A stretch of 64,000 nucleotides of DNA from Raillietiella orientalis (lineage: Eukaryota): positions 992,001-1,056,000 of the forward strand of contig JAYWIR010000014.1 in the NCBI GenBank assembly GCA_036172245.1, written 5' to 3'. Of the stretch, positions 49,095-61,899 are shown piece after piece. The notes beneath the pieces are model-generated. The model worked only from the letters and a program-made list of their open reading frames with translations. It was not told the DNA's origin and made no database searches. Position 1 is the stretch's first letter. Every line of letters starts with the position of its first letter. Made by a program: the position numbers and the translations under genes.

Positions 49095-49330
49095 CCTCCT
49101 CCTCCTCCTCGTTGCATAGTAGCTTAAGGGAGGAAAGACGTTCCAGTGGCACTGAGTAGAACATGGAAGGCTGGCACCGCCTTCTCTTCTAAAGCGGCCC
49201 CACCTGCGGTTCTTTCGGGAACGGCAGCGTGCGGAGGTCCCGAGTGCTGCCGCCGCCTACGAGTCCCTGGAGTCGCTCAGGCGACAGGGAACGGCAGCTC
49301 CGAACGAGTGTCCTCCACCCATGAACTCTC
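49095..49330 (+). repeat. Diverged direct repeat, copy 1 (copy 2 at about 51572-51795), beginning at a (TCC)n tract
   Basis: (tcc)n-tcgttgca..gtagcttaaggg...gcggttctttcgggaac...ctacgagtccctgga.tcgctcaggcgacaggg is shared. Confidence 0.9.
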
Positions 49331-49499
49331 TTTTCCCTCTTCGTATCCCTGGTGTATCCTCAGTAGTGGTCGAGCACTTGCAGAAGGCGACCACCAATGC
49401 CGAGACCTCTCCTCCCTTCCCTTCCCTCCTCTTGGGAGCCGATGCGAAGCCTACAAGACGGAGGCGGCAGAGGCAGCTCCCTGAGCAAATGAAAATGTG

Positions 49500-50750
49500 A
49501 GACGAGGAAGGGTTGTGGCAGTGTTTCCCCCACCGATGACCTATTTCCAGGGTCTCTGCCGCGGTTGAGTCGTGGGGAAAGAGAAAGAGCAGCTTCCCCG
49601 TCTGCCTGGGTACATAGGTGGCCTGCATGGCTTTCGATTTTCCTTCAGAGATGGCGCGCATGCGAGACGCCACGTGTTCTCCCTTGGGGATCCTGGCAGT
49701 TTTTGCTTGTCCTCTGGAGGCGTCCTCCCAAGATGGCTCCCTCCAAACAGAACGTGCCCTCACTCACGTCGAGGCGGGAGGAGTGGGGGAGGAACTCCCC
49801 CACTGGTTTTCGGAGCAGGGAGTGAGACGCCTTCCCAGAATCAGACACGAGCTTTGTGTCGCCCGTGTGTGCGTCAGGAAAGGAAGGCGGTAACTGCCTG
49901 CCGCGTGCCCGCGTGGTAAGGAGGGAAAAGGTGTTTGTTCTTCACCCCACCCTGAGCAATGGTGCGGAGGCTGCTCCCGTTCCCACCCGGGAGCCCAGCC
50001 AGCAGCGGCGTTTTCCCACAGCCGCTCGGCGGGACGTTCCCGGAAGAGGCAGTGGGGTGCCAGCTGACTCCTAGCGCACGGTCCTTCTCCCTGGACACGT
50101 GGTCCGCTTTCCCCTCTTCAAGCCCCTGCCTAGCCAGGGGACGGCTGCCCCGGAGACGCAGAGACAACCTAAGAGCCAAGCAGGGCATCCCGGCCCGGGG
50201 TGAAGGCTGGAGGGTAGAGGAAGGAGGAAAGGAAAGGCCGTGTGAAATACAGACCGCGTCGTTCTTTCCGTCTCGGAATTGCTTACGCTGGGCAGAAGCT
50301 GCATCGGAAGGAGGAAACGCAGACGGGAGGGCTCTGCAGAGGTGACCATCGCTCGGGCAACCGCGCGTGATGTTGGTCGTTTCACGGAGACGCCCGACTT
50401 CACCCACTCCAGTCGCCTGAGGAACAGAAATGCTACCCGACGGCCGGGTGTTCTAAGACGCGTCTCCAGAGGGCACGGGGGGAAAGCGGAGGATGACAGG
50501 GATGATGGGAGCAAGTTCCATGCTCGCATGGTTGCCAGGTGGCCACGTTCTCTCCGCGAAAGCTGCCGACATTCCGCCATGGTGAAGAGGATACGGAAAC
50601 TGGATCCATGGTCCTTCCGCATCCTTCCTCCGATCCCCTGGGATACCTCCCCCTGCCTGCCAACCGCCTCTTCCACTTCCTGGTCCTCGAGTGCAGCGAC
50701 TCCCTACCTCCTCCGCCGCCGCCCCGTCCGCTCCTGAGCGGCGTTCGCTC
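49500..50750 (+). mobile_element. Degenerate RT and thumb fragment of a non-LTR element
   Basis: AVGCQLTPSARSFSLD (QGCPLSP-like), GIAYAG (YADD-like) and KFHARMVARW occur in RT order. Confidence 0.45.
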
Positions 50751-51571
50751 GCGCGGTACCTTGCCGGGGCGCGATCGAGAGCACCTTATCAGCCGCCGCG
50801 TTGCCCAGGTGACGATAAAGAGGGATGACTCACCAGCGCGGGCAAGGAGTCAGACTTGGCTCCTTCCCGGATTCTCCCCTTATCGGACTCCTCGCAGGGA
50901 GCGGCCTGGGTGCGGAGGAGGAGGTGAAGTCACGAGTCGCGCGACGCGCACCTCCGCGGGGAGGGCGTCCGCTCGCTCGCCTGCAGGGCCCCGCCCTTCC
51001 CTTCCTCTCTGACCCGCGGCTCTCCCCGCATCCCCAGCAACAGCAGCCGCGATCATCCCGACGCCTCCCACGCGCGGGTAGAAGAACGGCGGGCGGTGAA
51101 GGGACTTCCGTCCGTCTCCTTGACGTCATGGCGACGGCGGCGGCTTGCACCGGCCGTGCTCTGTCCGCATGTGGTCCGGCATGCCCGGGTTGTCCGTCTC
51201 CCTCCTCCTCCTCCTCCCCCCCCCTTCTTCGTCCTTTGCTGGAATCTCTCCCTCACCTCTCTTATCCGCCATAGATGCTCCGACGGCTGCGCACGCGCGA
51301 TGGGAGGGCGTGCCTCGGCGTGCGAAGGAGGGGGAGACGGGCGTCCAGGAAGGGCGCTGCCTCCGCGAGGTCTGATGCTTCCTGGAGTGGGCAGGGAGAG
51401 TGGAGTCGCTGCCCGAGGAGGCGAGACCCGCTGAGGATGGGGACAGGAGTCGTGTGCACGTCGATTGCAGCTCCGGGCGCCGCCGGAAACGAGGAACAGG
51501 AAGAGGAAGCCGGCAGTCGGAAGTTCAGGAGCAAAGGATGAGGCTTCAGGCTCCGCCGGAAGCAACTGCAA

Positions 51572-51795
51572 TCTCCTCCTCCTCCTCCTCCTCCTCCTCC
51601 TCCTCGTTGCACGGTAGCTTAAGGGAGAAAGGATGTTCCAGTGGTGCCATCGAGTAGAACATGAAGGACTGGCGACACCTTCTCTTCTGAACCGGCCCCA
51701 CCCGCGGTTCTTTCGGGAACACGAGGCTACGAGTCCCTGGAATCGCTCAGGCGACAGGGCAGCTCCGAACGAGTCTCCTCCTACCCATGAACCTT
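51572..51795 (+). repeat. Diverged direct repeat, copy 2, with a longer (TCC)n tract and an internal deletion of about 30 bp
   Basis: Alignable to 49095-49330. Confidence 0.9.
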
Positions 51796-54700
51796 CTCTC
51801 GTGGATGGCTGCTGCCCGAGGCAGGGAAGGCGAAGAACAGAAGCCCTGAGGCTTGCCTGACGACGACGCTCACCCTGCCCGCTCCCGGCCCCGTCTCGTG
51901 GATACTACCAGCAGCAACGAAGGGGGGCCGCCTCCCTGCAGTTCCAGGCGCGTCGTCAGGATTGCTCCTTCAGAGACACCAAGGATCCAGAGGGCTGCTC
52001 CGGCTTAGAGGATGCGTGCGACGACCCGCGAATGGGTTCGAGGGACTAGGGTCCGCCTCCGGAGGGAGACGCAAAGTCGAAGTATGTCGCTTCCTCCCTT
52101 GGCGCCGTGAAGGCGAGGGCACGCCCCACTTGGGGGTGGGGAGTTTCAAGGTGACTGCTGTGCTTTACGAGAGGCCGGCTCTGAGTGGTAGGGGCGGGAC
52201 GAAGCCCCTGGTTCGGGAGCGAGGAGGAGGTGACTTCACTCCCCATGTGGAGGCAGAGGGCGACGATCTGGAAGCGCCGGCTGCAGTGAGAAAAGGGCCA
52301 GCCCTCCGCCCTGTGCGGGCAGCTGGAAAGAGGGGAGAAAGAGGGGAACTGAACGACCAGAGGAGGGAGCGAGGGAAAGCATGGAAGAGGGGGGCAGCCC
52401 GCCGTTGACCGCTGGGCTGGCTGGGAGCGTCCGCCAGGTCCGCGAGTTGGCAGGGGGGATGTTGGTCCGCGGAACGCCCTCTCTCTTCGTGCGGACCTCA
52501 ACGCTGATGGTGGTCCCCCGGGGTCTTGCTCCCCGTGAGAGGATGCCGGTTCAGGAGGCAACGCATGTTTCCGAGTGCCCGGGGGTTTCATGGGAGGAAA
52601 GGAGAAGGAAGCGGGAGCACCGCCGATTCACTGGAAGGCGTGCGGGACACCGGCAAGCTGGCAAGGGGCAGGAGAGGGGATGACGCGCTCACAGCTGTTG
52701 CGGTGGCGCATCCGACCTCGACCTCGTCCTCGGCGCCCCGTCCCGGACCTCCAGGCGACGCCCTTCCACCTCCGGGGCAGCGGCAATGGAAGGAACAGAC
52801 ATTCCCTCTCTTCGTTGCGTGAGCGTTTCCGCATCCTCTGGACCCTTCCCTCCCTCCAGCTCACGATTGCTACTCCTCCTCCTCTTCTGTCTGGTGTGAG
52901 CGGGAAGCTGCTTCGGGCTAGGCCAAAATGCCCGTTCACCGACGGCACGCGACCGGGAGCTTCTTCTTCCCTCCCCCCTCCCTCCTCTTCTCCTTTCCCT
53001 CTTTCCTCCGTCTCTCCTCACTTTGCCGCCTCCTCTAGGAGGCTCCCCCCCGCGTCATTGTCAAGTGACGACGGCCGCCTCATGAATGCTGCTGATGTGT
53101 GGGATGCACGGATCGATTCGTTGATCCCTCCCGGCCGTGTTACGACCATCCGGCTGATCCGGCAGGCGTCGGCCGACGTCAGGAAAGAGGCCTCCCATTG
53201 GTCCGTGGATCGACCGGGACGTTAATGGGTCATTTCCCGGGAGGAACTCTGGAGAGAGATCCCCAGCCACTTCCCCGCCTTTTTTTACGAGTTTCTTCCG
53301 CCCCTGGCCACCGCATCCTTGATCGATCCCCTTTCCTCCTTCCTCCTTCCCCGTAGCTTCTCTTTGGTCCTCGTGGACGCGGCCTTCCTTCTCGTCCGGC
53401 GCTTCCGGGAGGGAGGAGGGGACAGAAGGAACGCTCCAGGTCCCGGTGGCCGCTCCGGGGCCCGTCTTCTCGCACACCAGAGCGACGCGTGAGGGCCAGG
53501 AGGAGGACGCTCTCTTCCTCCCTTGGGCGGTTTCCGGGAGACCCTTGTTGCGTGGATGTGAGGAAAAGGAGCGGGAAGATGCAAGGAGAGATGAAACGCC
53601 CCTGCACCTCCTTCGCTCCCTCCTTCATCGTTGCCAAGAACCTTGTTCCCGGGGACAGAGGGGACCCCTGCCCCGCAGGGGGGATGGAAGAGCGGACCCG
53701 ACGGCTCGCCCGGGAGCCTGGCAACGGGGCCCGCGAGCCTCCTGCCCGCGTCCCGACAAGAGACCTCTCCGAAGACGGGGACCGGCAGCGGCAGGAGCAG
53801 CAGCAGTCCCCGCTCGGTTTGGATGGATGCACTGAGACCCACCTGGATCTGACCCCCTGTCACCCGCATGGTGGCTCCCGGGCATGGGCGCGGAACCCCT
53901 TCTAGCCCGATGGAAACCTCAGAGGCAGCGAAGGAATTGAATCACCGCGAAAAGGAAAGGGCGGAAGGAAAAAAGGAGAGCGAGAGAATGGGGTGTCCTC
54001 CTACGGGAAGGCGGGGATCCGCTCTCGCATCCCCACTCATAAATAATGAATCCGCGAGGGGTGCCCCGGGAAGGGGCAGAGAATCCTCCGCATAAATTGG
54101 ACTCGCGATCAAAGAGATCACGTGTCGGCTGTTCCTCAGCATCTTTGGTACCTTCCGGAGTCAATCGTCGTGGGGCAGGCTGGTGCCGCACATCTGCCGC
54201 CCACTGGAGGGACGGGCAGAGCTCAACCCCCTCGCTCCTGTTCGGGAATCCCCTCGCGGCCTCACGTCGCGCGAGCGATTCCCTTCTTGGAAACTTCCCT
54301 CCCCTCTCTCCCTCTCCCTCTAGAGGGCGCGCGCGCAGGTCTTCTGTTCTTCCGATTCGATCGAGCCGGTGCATCTCTCCCCTCCCCCCCACTTCGCTGA
54401 GCTCTTCCCGCCGATCGCACTCCACATAGTTCATCAAGATGCCCTTGCTGGTGATTCATCTCGAGGGGACTCTTCCTCCCCCTCTGTTCCAAGAACACCC
54501 TTCGTACAGCCTAATTTCAACCCCGGAAGCAACTTTGCTCCTCCAAGGAAAGCCTCTTTCTTTGCAGAAGAACCCCTTGTCCTCCCTACTTGTCCATCCC
54601 ACGTCTTCGACAGTGGCTCCACGAAGATCATGGTGGTCAGCACACACGCCCTTCCGCATGCGTCCTCTTGGTTTCCTCCGAGGAACTCCGCAGAGTTTTC

Positions 54701-56899
54701 TTCTTTCCCTCCTCCACTGAGTGCCCAGCCTGGAGGGTCAAGTCCGGCCTTCTCCGCGGAGATTGCACACGCAGATCCGAATTCACGCGTGAAGACCCCG
54801 AAGTTCGACCCGGGAAAAGCGCGCGCAGACACCCCGAAGGGGTAAGCTCCCCCGCCACTAGCCACCTTCCTCCTCACCCTAAGAAGAAGGGGGGGAGGGC
54901 GAACGTCATATCCACAGGAACCCGTCCACTTTTCAGCATACTCAAAAGGGTGGGGGGTAGATTAGGAGATTGGGAGGGTAGGGAGATACCTCCGCCCTTC
55001 CCCAATAGTTTTCCTCGGACCCCTTCAAGAGGATGAGACGGCCCACAAGGGTCCTGAGGGGTTCCCGAGGCACCGGGTCAGCAGCGCTCGAGAGAGGCCG
55101 CCGCGGCAGGCATGAGCACGGGACGGCTCCGGCAACGCGTCACTTTCGCGCGGGCAGAGCGACAGACTCCCGGACTGCGGCCGTTCGGAGACCAACAGCA
55201 CTCGGCCTGGCTGTGCCTACACTCCCGACAGCCGCCCACAGACAAATCCTGAGTTTCGTGGCCCTACCGCTTCGGCCCGGCCCGCAGCCCAGGAAACAGC
55301 AGATTCCATTCTTCTTCATCCCTTTTGCTTTCCTCCTGCTCGAAGCGCACCCGGTCAAAAGTCGCCGGAAATCCATTAATTCGAGTGCGGGCCTTAATTT
55401 CGCCGAAGTGTTCGGACACTTTCTTATCTGCGCGCGCGCTCCGCGCCCCCTCGCCGAGCTGCGCATTTATTGGGTTCCCCGGAACAAGGACTCGAGCCTT
55501 GTATCTCGGATCTTCTGGTCCATTCGTTCGCAGCTAATAAAAATGCGAAAGCGCCCCAATTCCAATTCCTCTTACGCGAACGGACCCCTTGTTATGCTGA
55601 AACTCGCGGTGGGAAGAGCACATGAGAGGGGTGGAGAATGGTAAAGGCTTCACGGAAGATCTCCCGGATGCAAGAAGATGACGCAGAGTCAAAGACGTGG
55701 GTAAATCCTCCACTGACAACACCTGATCGGAAGGATAGTTTTGACTGTTGGACGAAAGCGAGCGACGGTGTCTCAACCCATTCTTCTTCTGATTCACAGT
55801 CAGGAGATGCTGCCGGCAAGTTACGTGAACGTGGAAGATGGAAGAGCTCTTCCTGAACCCGCCGCGCAGAACATAGTTCGGAACATCCTGAGGACAATTT
55901 TAACACGTTTCCTATCCCATAGGAACGTAGCGAGACGACCGAAAAAAGCCATCATTTTAACAGTTATGGAGCGATGACAGACGGACGTCCTTGGTTGCCC
56001 TTCATGCTCGCACGATTCCCGACCAAGAAAAAAAATCTTGGATAGCGTTCAAGAGCGGTATCTCCAGCATTAATTTAAGCCATTGCTTGGAGCCCTTTCT
56101 CGACTTCTTTCAACCTTGATAAAGATGTCTTAGGAACCCCATCGAAAGTTCCCTAGATCTTCATCTTGAATCTACCTTTAGATCATGCAGAGACTTTGTT
56201 TCTTTTTCTTTTTCTTCTAGCTTTCTACAGCTGGTTTCCAGCCGTGCAGCCTGGGAGCATTCCTGTATTCTTAGAAGCACTGTTTGCACGTTGCTTTCCG
56301 TTTCCTTCTTCCCGGAACCTTTTGAATGCTTGCCGAACAACCAACCACCTGCAGTTTCGCGACTTACAGGGCAGATGCGCGACTCTCCTCAGCAGATCTT
56401 CGTTCTCAATTGTTCCTCTATACTGTTGGTCCACAACGTCTCTCGCTGTTGAGGAGTTCAGGTATTCTGGAACCTTCCTGGAGAAAGACCTTTTTCCCTG
56501 CGTTTAAGAACAAATGCTTTTGTCTGTGCCGTTCCAGCTCCTTCCTGCCACTGTCCCAGCAAAAATCCCAGCTCCTCTTGCACTCTCCATCTTTTCCACT
56601 GGAATCAATCTTGAATAACAGAGTTCACACATCTTTGTCCAAAGGATAGGGTTTCAGTCGGTCGAGTTTCAGAGACATGACCCTTCTCTTTCGAGAGACG
56701 CTCTCCTCAGAATAGAAGAGCATTCTGACTCCGCGTGAGCTCTTTTGTTTTAGACCATAGAGTTCTTATTAAACTACCGCTTTAGGTTGGCTTGGTTTCG
56801 AAAGGAAATCGCCAGTAACTGTGCTCCAAGCAAATTTACGCATTTCTATTCCCGTCGGACGCTGAATAGGTAAGTTTAGATTTCATCGTAAAAGGGAAA

Positions 56900-58445
56900 C
56901 TTGTTGACGAAGAAGGTAACGCCTTCTCGTTCATGGAAAGACCACCATCAGTCTCCACTACTATTAGCCAAACTGAGACAAGGATACTGAAATACACACT
57001 GACGCGAAGTGATCCAATCAGTGGTATGGCGGGACAGCTAGCGAATTCTCACAATCGAAGCAATGTAAAAATAAATGTACGATCAGCAGAGCTTCGAACG
57101 GGATGGAAGACTTTCCCACTGAGACCAGCTCGAAGTACCAAAAGGCGAAAGGCGGATTTTGGAACCCATTCGTTCGTGAAAACTTGTGGTAAAAACAGAG
57201 CCTCCCATCGGAGCCTCGGGATTGCAAATCAGAGCTGCACGGCGTGCCTGCAACCTGACCACCGGAGTCCAAAATTCATTTCCTACTTCTGACCACACCA
57301 AAGGGAGAGCTCTCTCAAGCTTGTGTACGCTTAATGCCGTTGAACAATTTCAGATCGTGCAAACACGTTTTGGTGGCAACACCTTCTCGTATTAGAAGAC
57401 TCCATGGAACGGAAATGAGGAATCACTAATCCTAGAGGCACAGTGGTGAAACCTCCGAGGAGGGTCTTTGCTAACCTTTCGATTGCCATTTTCCCGAGAT
57501 CTTTCCTTCGGAATTAAATTCTTGACTGTTCTCGAAACAGAAGACATTTGCTTCCAAGAGATTCTTCTTTCGGAACTCCCTCATTCCGCCATTTCGATTC
57601 GAATCTTACTTGAAGAGTTCCTGGAATCCTCAAAATCGTTCTCGTTGCTCTTGTAACACATCTGAGATGGTGCGGAAGGACAAGCTGAAAGGAACTTTTG
57701 TTGATCGATCGGACAAGCTGATTTATGAGGACAGAACATATGAAGTTCTAAAGGCAATCTCGTGTTGAGGAACTGTGACTTGGCAGATGGTAAGAAAAAG
57801 ACGTCCGAAGATTATGTACGGAATCCATTTGTGAACACATACGAGGGCATCGAAAGTCCTGGAAAGGCTGGGTGGATTCTTCCTTGAGGGAAGATGAAAT
57901 CATTCATCTTACTGCAGAGTAAAATCGAAAGCGATGCATGGTTAGATGACTGCTTGCACCCTAGGTTTTTCTGCGAGGATGATCATGGAAACGGGATTCT
58001 TTGCTTTAGAAATAAAATGAAACTTGTAATTCTAGACTCCACGAGTATCTTGAATTCGAGTTCCAAGAGCAAGGAGAGAAGGAAAAGGCAAAAAAAAAAA
58101 CCTTTGGTAATGTGACTAGCAGGTGTGAGTTTGAGAATGCGCAGAAAACCATCCGATAGTGAAAATACCTCATCTAAACGAATTTACCCCAAACAATGAG
58201 GTCTCTGTAAGGGATATGTGATTTGGAGAAACGGGTTGTCTTGTTCCATTCTGCGCGCTGATGAGAGGAACTGGTTAGGGTATAGAAATGTACATCTGCA
58301 GCTCCTGTAGCCACGAAACCGCTCACTTCTGAGCATTCTCGGGTTGCTCTTTGAGGAAGAGCGGGGTTTTCCAATATAAACATTTCATCGCTCTCCTTCC
58401 CATCCCATCCAATCCCTCGAAGTTTGTTCCATACTCTGCAGGTGT
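56900..58445 (-). mobile_element. Lower-GC degenerate non-LTR ORF2 remnant (APE followed by C-terminal Cys/His region)
   Basis: VWNKLRGIG (WN.RG-like), FSYHLPSHSSSTRD and EALLIVHLFLHC occur in order, with many stops. Confidence 0.4.
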
Positions 58446-58954
58446 CTCCATCTTTTTCCCAGATTGACCTCTCCACGCGCTCCGCTGATCCCCATGACGA
58501 TCAAATCCTGATTTCGTTGAAAATACCAGCTGATTCTATCCACGAAGCCTCATCCAGGTGCATCATGCTTTTATTTTTCTAGTACAAAAAATTCTGAAAA
58601 CACAGGAGGTTGCAAGAGATGCTAGTTAAAGAGAAGGAACACGTCGGAGTGGATGCTAGTCAAGGAACACGTCATATTACTGGAATGCTCATCTCGCACT
58701 TGTGAACAAAAGCTAGATCGTGGCAACTGCTGAAGGCCTTGCAAAAGTTGCTGTTTGCCCCAAGGAGCTGCATTCGATAAGGAAATCGCAACAAGAAAGA
58801 ATAAAAATTGTCAGTGAGCTTCGGCATGTAGTCACTAAGTGAACGAAAGATAATGTTGTACATACCATCACTACAGCCAACTACGTGTAGGCCGCATTCT
58901 AGGGGCATCAGCAAGCAGCCAGCCTGAGAGACACCTTGAAAGGTTTGCGCGAGC

Positions 58955-59140
58955 CATTGTTGGCAGGCTTCCATAAATAGACTGCATTCTCAGAGAGTCG
59001 GTAATTCGTGAGAACAGCATTGTTGGCAAGCATCCATAAATAGCCTGTAAGCTCAGGGAGTCGATAACTCATGAGCGCGGCATTGTTGGCAGAGGCCTAT
59101 AAATAGCTCGTGATTGCCCTCAGAGCAATTCATGACGAAG
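58955..59140 (+). repeat. Three diverged 63-bp tandem units
   Basis: CATTGTTGGCA at 58955, 59018 and 59081. C(C/T)ATAAATAG at 58971, 59034 and 59097. Confidence 0.9.
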
Positions 59141-59817
59141 GGGGAGGGAGGCCCGTCTAACGATGAGATCGCATCCTCGACCAACAACCGAACCGCGTTG
59201 CGTTTACATCTTTCACCGGGCAGTTCAAGCAATCGAGCGCTTGAGATAAACACCTCATCTTCTGGTCCAGCAGCAGAAAGATGAGGAATGAAATACCTTA
59301 TACATATATATGTACGTATATGAAAAGCCAGCCAACCAATGGAGTCGAACACGCCTCTCACGATTCTCCTCTACATTCTCTGGAGAAAAAAAGACAGAAA
59401 AAATGCTTCTTCGTCCCGCACGGGAGGCCCTAGGCAGGTGCACAATAGGAATACGAATCGTCTCCCACCTTTGCAGAGGCACTCTTCTTGCACCTGCCTC
59501 CGACATTGTTGGTCACGATCTCCAGGAGGTTTCTCTGTCCTCTGGGCAAACACAGGACTCTGCCGACGAAAGACCGATGTCCACTCAACGGTTTGGTCCA
59601 GTTGCTCCGCGTTAGCCGTTCTTACTGTGCATCTATCTGGGATATCGTGACAGCCCCTTCGATGACCGGGCAAACCCACAATCATGAGGTCCTAAAGGTG
59701 ATGAGTCCTGCTTCTTCTCGTCCCTGAGCTCTGCAAGCCGCCTTCAGCAGACGGGAAAAAGAAAAAAAATGCCAGTATCGCAATCTCGTAAGCTCTAACC
59801 CTTTCTGCCTTACTCAG

Positions 59818-59959
59818 GTCCGCTCTAGCCCAGAAGCCTGCCGCACTCCTAGAAGCCTAGAAAATTAACGAGTCAGCATGCCCTGCAGCAATCTGCTACA
59901 TTCCCAGCGGAGTCGTCCATTGTTTCCCCTGCACTCCTTTTTCTCTATGCCCTGGAATG
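59818..59959 (+). other. Candidate isolated 142-bp exon
   Basis: Branch CTAAC (59795), pyrimidine tract and TCAG acceptor. Donor ATG|GTAAGA at 59960. Confidence 0.25.
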
Positions 59960-61899
59960 GTAAGATGTCTGGGCTGCGTCGCCCCGTGGCATCCGAAAAT
60001 TCCCTCTTTGTGGCTTGTAGACTTAAAAATCACCGGTGAAGGAGGAGAGAAGGAAGTAGAGACTAGCTGCCCCTTCAAAGGCTCCCTCTGAGGGCGCATG
60101 GAAGACCACTTCCCGGAAGAGGAGCGATGTCTAACCGCCAGCAGGCAGCTCCAATGAGGTCGATTGGGAATAACGGAGGAAGAGGATAAAAGAGGGGGTC
60201 GGAGAAGTGAGTTGCAGAGCTTGCGTCCGGTCGGAACTCTTCACGTCTTCCGAGAGAGGGAGCAAGAGCTGACTTTGAGATCACCAAGGAAAGCACAGCG
60301 GCAGCGACCAGAGCTCCCTGGATCTCCTGCTCCTGACTTCTTCGACGGCATTGAGCTCCTCCAGGATTCTGAAAGCGGAGAAGCCACGGACCAGAAATGT
60401 TCTGAAATTTAAGGAGAGGCCCTGAAGGAGCGAAAACCTATCCTGCCAACCAAGACGAAGGAGCGTCTGCGGGAAACGCCCTCAAAAGCGGATCCTTGAT
60501 CCACCTACAGGAGGGAAGGCGGGGGATCTCCAAAACGATGCTGAGAGGTGCCCTTCTTTCTCCCCCTCCTCCCCTTCTGATCCCGGTCAGCTCAAGGCCT
60601 GTCTCCTGTGTAGAAGGAGAAGAGGAGGATGCGGCGGAGTGCTGCGTGGGGTAGCCGACGATGTGGAAGTGTCCGGAGCCGTCCCTACGCGCGGGAGTCT
60701 CCCACATCTCCCTCCCTCTTTCCCCTTCCTCCATCTACCCGCTCACCCACCCGCGCTCAGCGGGGAGCTACCAATGAGATGCCCTCTCGCCCGGGGGGCC
60801 GTTCGCAAAGCGCTCCACGTGTCCGCCCCAGACGACACCTCGAGCGCGCGAAGGTTGCGGACGCCCTACGACCGTACGCGCGCTGCTGAGTGCTCCGGGC
60901 GTTCCTCCGTCCCAAAAGGCGACTTGGCGTCCTTCCGAGGAGCGCGCGCATCGCGAGGCTAGCGAGGGGCGGTCGCTGCGCAGCCGGCCTAGGTCGCGAA
61001 GGACGGCTGCGACTTTCCCAGAAACCTTCGAACTGGTCGAGGCCTTCCCGCTGCCAACTGTGAGCGGACAAAATCTAGAGGCCGCAGTTCTCGCCTGGCT
61101 CTTCGAGAGAAGCAAACGCCTGCGGCGCGTCCCTTGCGTTGCGCACACATGCGCGTGGCTCCCTCAGCGGAAGGACGAGGAGATGGCGGGATCGTACGAC
61201 TCCCTTAAGTGTGATTACCGCCCCCTCCCTCTCCCATCCGCTGCCCCCCCACCCCACCCTTTCCCTTATTCTAGTAGCTAGCGCCCCCTCGATCCCTGGG
61301 GGCGTTAGACCCTTCTGCTAGCCAGGAGCGCTCCAGCGACTGACCTCCCCCTTCCGGCAGCGCTCCTCACTCCATTCGCCCGCAGACTCCTTGCCTCCTT
61401 TGACGGCGTCAATCCAACCCCACGACAGGAGTGATAAAGCGTCCCAGTCTCCCTTATCTCGCCGCGGTAAGAGCAGGAGAGAGACTCTTTTCGCTATCTG
61501 AGGGAGCAGTTAGGATGCTGCTGCGCCCCCTCCCCACAACGATCCAGCAAAACGAACAATGTACCGTACATACCGCACGTACGCCCGCACATGCAGGTCT
61601 AAAGTCCAAGTGACCTCCTCAGGTGCTCGTATCCTCTCTCCCTACACCAGCATCCTCCTCCGCTCGCCCGCATCCTCCCTCTCTGCTCGCTCGCCCGGAA
61701 GACTCAGGGGGGGAAGAGAGGAACCGATTACTTGGATACGCTCGCAAGGACGCTTTCCTCGAGACCAGCGGGAAAGTTCGCTCCGATAACGAGGGCCGTG
61801 CGAAGAGGTCGTCCCGGGGAAAATGGGCCTGAAGAATTGGGAAGGGGTGGACGAGGCGTCACGAGGAGAGAGAACCCGGATCGGTCCGTCCACGGCCTC

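Noticed and set aside
10852..59140. CRISPR-like arrays (41-bp and 63-bp periodicities)
   Set aside because: Units are homologous along their whole length with no unique spacers, there are no cas genes, and the context is eukaryotic.
58672..59361. Selenoprotein or readthrough ORF, with TGA at the same position in consecutive 21-codon repeats
   Set aside because: The aligned TGAs follow simply from tandem duplication. Another frame reads equally well, and no SECIS was identified.
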